Below, in pieces: positions 37,144-39,001 of a stretch of 39,001 bases of DNA (the first letter of the stretch is position 1; each line of letters starts with the position of its first letter). This DNA is from Candidatus Curtissbacteria bacterium (GTDB lineage Bacteria > Patescibacteriota > Microgenomatia > Curtissbacterales > GWA2-41-24), in assembly GCA_016198325.1 (NCBI GenBank), contig JACQIV010000014.1:1-39001 (forward strand), in the 5' to 3' direction. Both the position numbers and the translations under genes were made by a program. Under the pieces are notes generated by a model that was not told where the DNA came from, ran no database searches, and saw only the letters and a list, made by a program, of their open reading frames with translations.

Positions 37144-37671
37144 ATGCCATTTATCCTCGGCCTTGCATATCTGTTAATTTTTCTCCTTTTACTATTCGCC
37201 ATAATTTTAACGGTCTTTATGATAATTGACCTTTTTTTGGAACTTCCCTATGTTGGAACCCAAAAAAAGAAAATGGATACTATTATGAAATTTGCCAAAA
37301 TTAAAGAAGGTGAAACGGTTGTGGATTTAGGTAGCGGCGACGGCCGGTTATTGATTGAATCTGCAAAACGGGGCGCCTTCGCGATTGGTTACGAAATTAA
37401 TCCATTCCTAATTGCAGCAAGCATTATCCATACGAAACTCGAAGGGCTTGCCAGTCACGTCGAAGTTTTCAAAAAAAGCCTGTGGCGGGCAGACTTAAAA
37501 GTTGCGGACGTAATTTTTGTATATACACTCCGAAAAACCATGCCAAAAATGGAAAAATTCATCTTTGAAAACGCCAGAAAAGGAACCCGGGTTGTCGTCA
37601 ACACAAACCCATTCCCCAACAAAAAAGCCGAAAAAGAAGAAAACGGGGTATATCAATACTTTTTAAATTAA
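37144..37671 (+). CDS. Membrane-anchored class I SAM-dependent methyltransferase (FAM173-like)
   Basis: N-terminal TM, PYV, VVDLGSGDGR, GYEINP.L. Confidence 0.85.
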   Translation: MPFILGLAYLLIFLLLLFAIILTVFMIIDLFLELPYVGTQKKKMDTIMKFAKIKEGETVVDLGSGDGRLLIESAKRGAFAIGYEINPFLIAASIIHTKLEGLASHVEVFKKSLWRADLKVADVIFVYTLRKTMPKMEKFIFENARKGTRVVVNTNPFPNKKAEKEENGVYQYFLN

Positions 37672-37836
37672 TATTACTCTAAGACCAGAAAATAAACCTA
37701 ACATCCATATTAGCAAAATATAAACTAAAATTAGGCTTAGCTACTAAAGAAATCTTTAATTCTTTGTATCCACTTATACTAATTGTTGACTTTCCTGCAG
37801 CATTTGGTTCAAAATTTCCAATAAGCTGCCCGCTTT

Positions 37837-38643
37837 ATGACACCGGAAGCGACAGTTGAAACTCTTGGCCTTCCTTTTAGAGAAGAACCCCAACACCGCA
37901 TCTTATTTCATAAAACCCAGGAGGCAATGCACGAGGCCGGCTCTTCCGTAAATTCATACTGGGAAGACCTCATTCAAGCCGGTATTGCAGATGCCCTGAT
38001 GACGGCGCAGATTAAACTAACATCAGTGCCTATCGCGATAAATGCGCAGGATGTTTCTAAATATGATTACTTTTTATCATACGAAGGCGCAGCCGTGGAT
38101 AATTTTCTTCAACCGCTGGATATTTTTCACTTAGTTAAGGACGAGGACCTGAATAAAACGGAATCTGTCGGGATTATTAAAATCGGCACTTACCGGGGCC
38201 TGAATACAAGATATTCACAACTGGTTATGTTTACAGTAGAGGATGAAGATTCCCAGGTCCCCGAGCAGTCATTCCATTTCTTTCGCGGTGAACTGGTATA
38301 TGCAACCCAAGTAACCCAGCCCCAAGTCGCATTCGAAGGAATTGGACCGGAAGATGAAAAACAATTTGCCAAAGTCAGGTTTTTTGTTGATTATGAGAGC
38401 AGAGAAAGGACCTTAGTGTTTACCGGAGGAATTTACTATGAAGATTTTAAAAACCAACACCTATACAAAAATGAATCGGGTGTATTTGTAACAACTCAGA
38501 AATTATCCGTCACAGATCCTTTCAAGGGAGAGGTTCAGTTCTTTGACGTGGAAGAAGATGGTCAAATTCAGATATCGGAACCGTTCAGTTTGCCGGATGC
38601 AATAAGAGATATGGGCAAATTCCAGCCAATTAATCAAAATTGA
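37837..38643 (+). CDS. Hypothetical acidic protein
   Basis: 268 aa ORF, no recognised motif. Confidence 0.7.
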   Translation: MTPEATVETLGLPFREEPQHRILFHKTQEAMHEAGSSVNSYWEDLIQAGIADALMTAQIKLTSVPIAINAQDVSKYDYFLSYEGAAVDNFLQPLDIFHLVKDEDLNKTESVGIIKIGTYRGLNTRYSQLVMFTVEDEDSQVPEQSFHFFRGELVYATQVTQPQVAFEGIGPEDEKQFAKVRFFVDYESRERTLVFTGGIYYEDFKNQHLYKNESGVFVTTQKLSVTDPFKGEVQFFDVEEDGQIQISEPFSLPDAIRDMGKFQPINQN

Positions 38644-38652
38644 GAGACTAAT

Positions 38653-39001
38653 TCACCTTCTACTTGCCCTCAAAACGAGCCATCTCAATTTTTCTCCTAC
38701 ATTCAATAGATTGTACATAGAGGGTTTCAAAACCAGGTCATAAGTTCCAATGTACTCAACATGTGCCGGGCCGTATCCCGCTTTAAACCTATGAAAACCA
38801 AACCATGGATTCTTTTCATTTGCGTCCGGTTCAAGTGCCCCCCACATATCAAAAAATTTAAGCCCCATTTTTTTGCCTAGTCTAATTGCGTCCCAGGCAA
38901 TTAAATTTGAAGCCATTACATCTTTGTTTTCCGTTGAAGAACCGCCATACGGATAATAGAGAGTGTCTTTGAAATTCAGGAGCAGCCAGGCAACTAAAGG
39001 C
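38653..39001 (-). CDS. FemAB/MurM-family peptidoglycan bridge aminoacyltransferase (3' part; runs off the window)
   Basis: YPYGGS, W.AI, FDMWG, GFHRFK.GYG. Confidence 0.88.
   Translation of the reverse strand, partial: PLVAWLLLNFKDTLYYPYGGSSTENKDVMASNLIAWDAIRLGKKMGLKFFDMWGALEPDANEKNPWFGFHRFKAGYGPAHVEYIGTYDLVLKPSMYNLLNVGEKLRWLVLRASRR

Noticed and set aside
37837-38643. Orphan ORFs at 37837 and 31885 as system components
   Set aside because: No motifs or linkage are visible to support any function.

Overview
A gene-dense chromosomal segment read with the standard code. Gene content and many apparently leaderless genes suggest a Patescibacteria/CPR (Microgenomates-like) genome; this is an inference. 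Core genes: groES-groEL, a deoxyhypusine-synthase-like gene plus agmatinase, a cell-envelope glycosylation block (UbiA-type DPPR synthase, MraY/WecA-like transferase, two GT-C, GT2), DEAD-box helicase, D,D-carboxypeptidase, GH18, tatD, metG, PBP1A, rmuC, a UvrD/PD-(D/E)XK helicase-nuclease and a partial FemAB. Accessory genes: dinD with a DnaE-CTD-like tail, a membrane-fused GH78 and a RAYT Y1 transposase between palindromes. The most unusual signals lie outside the annotated genes. (i) Four 'ghost' gene termini are short, recoded second copies of the ends of neighbouring genes. Two bracket dinD and two bracket the GT2 gene, and three abut hairpins or REP-like motifs, suggesting repeated xenologous allele or cassette exchange. 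(ii) Two identical 104-bp IS200/IS605-like miniature elements are present, one inserted in frame (33 codons) into the GH18 gene. No rRNA, tRNA or CRISPR array was recognised. All calls come from motif recognition by eye, with no database searches.
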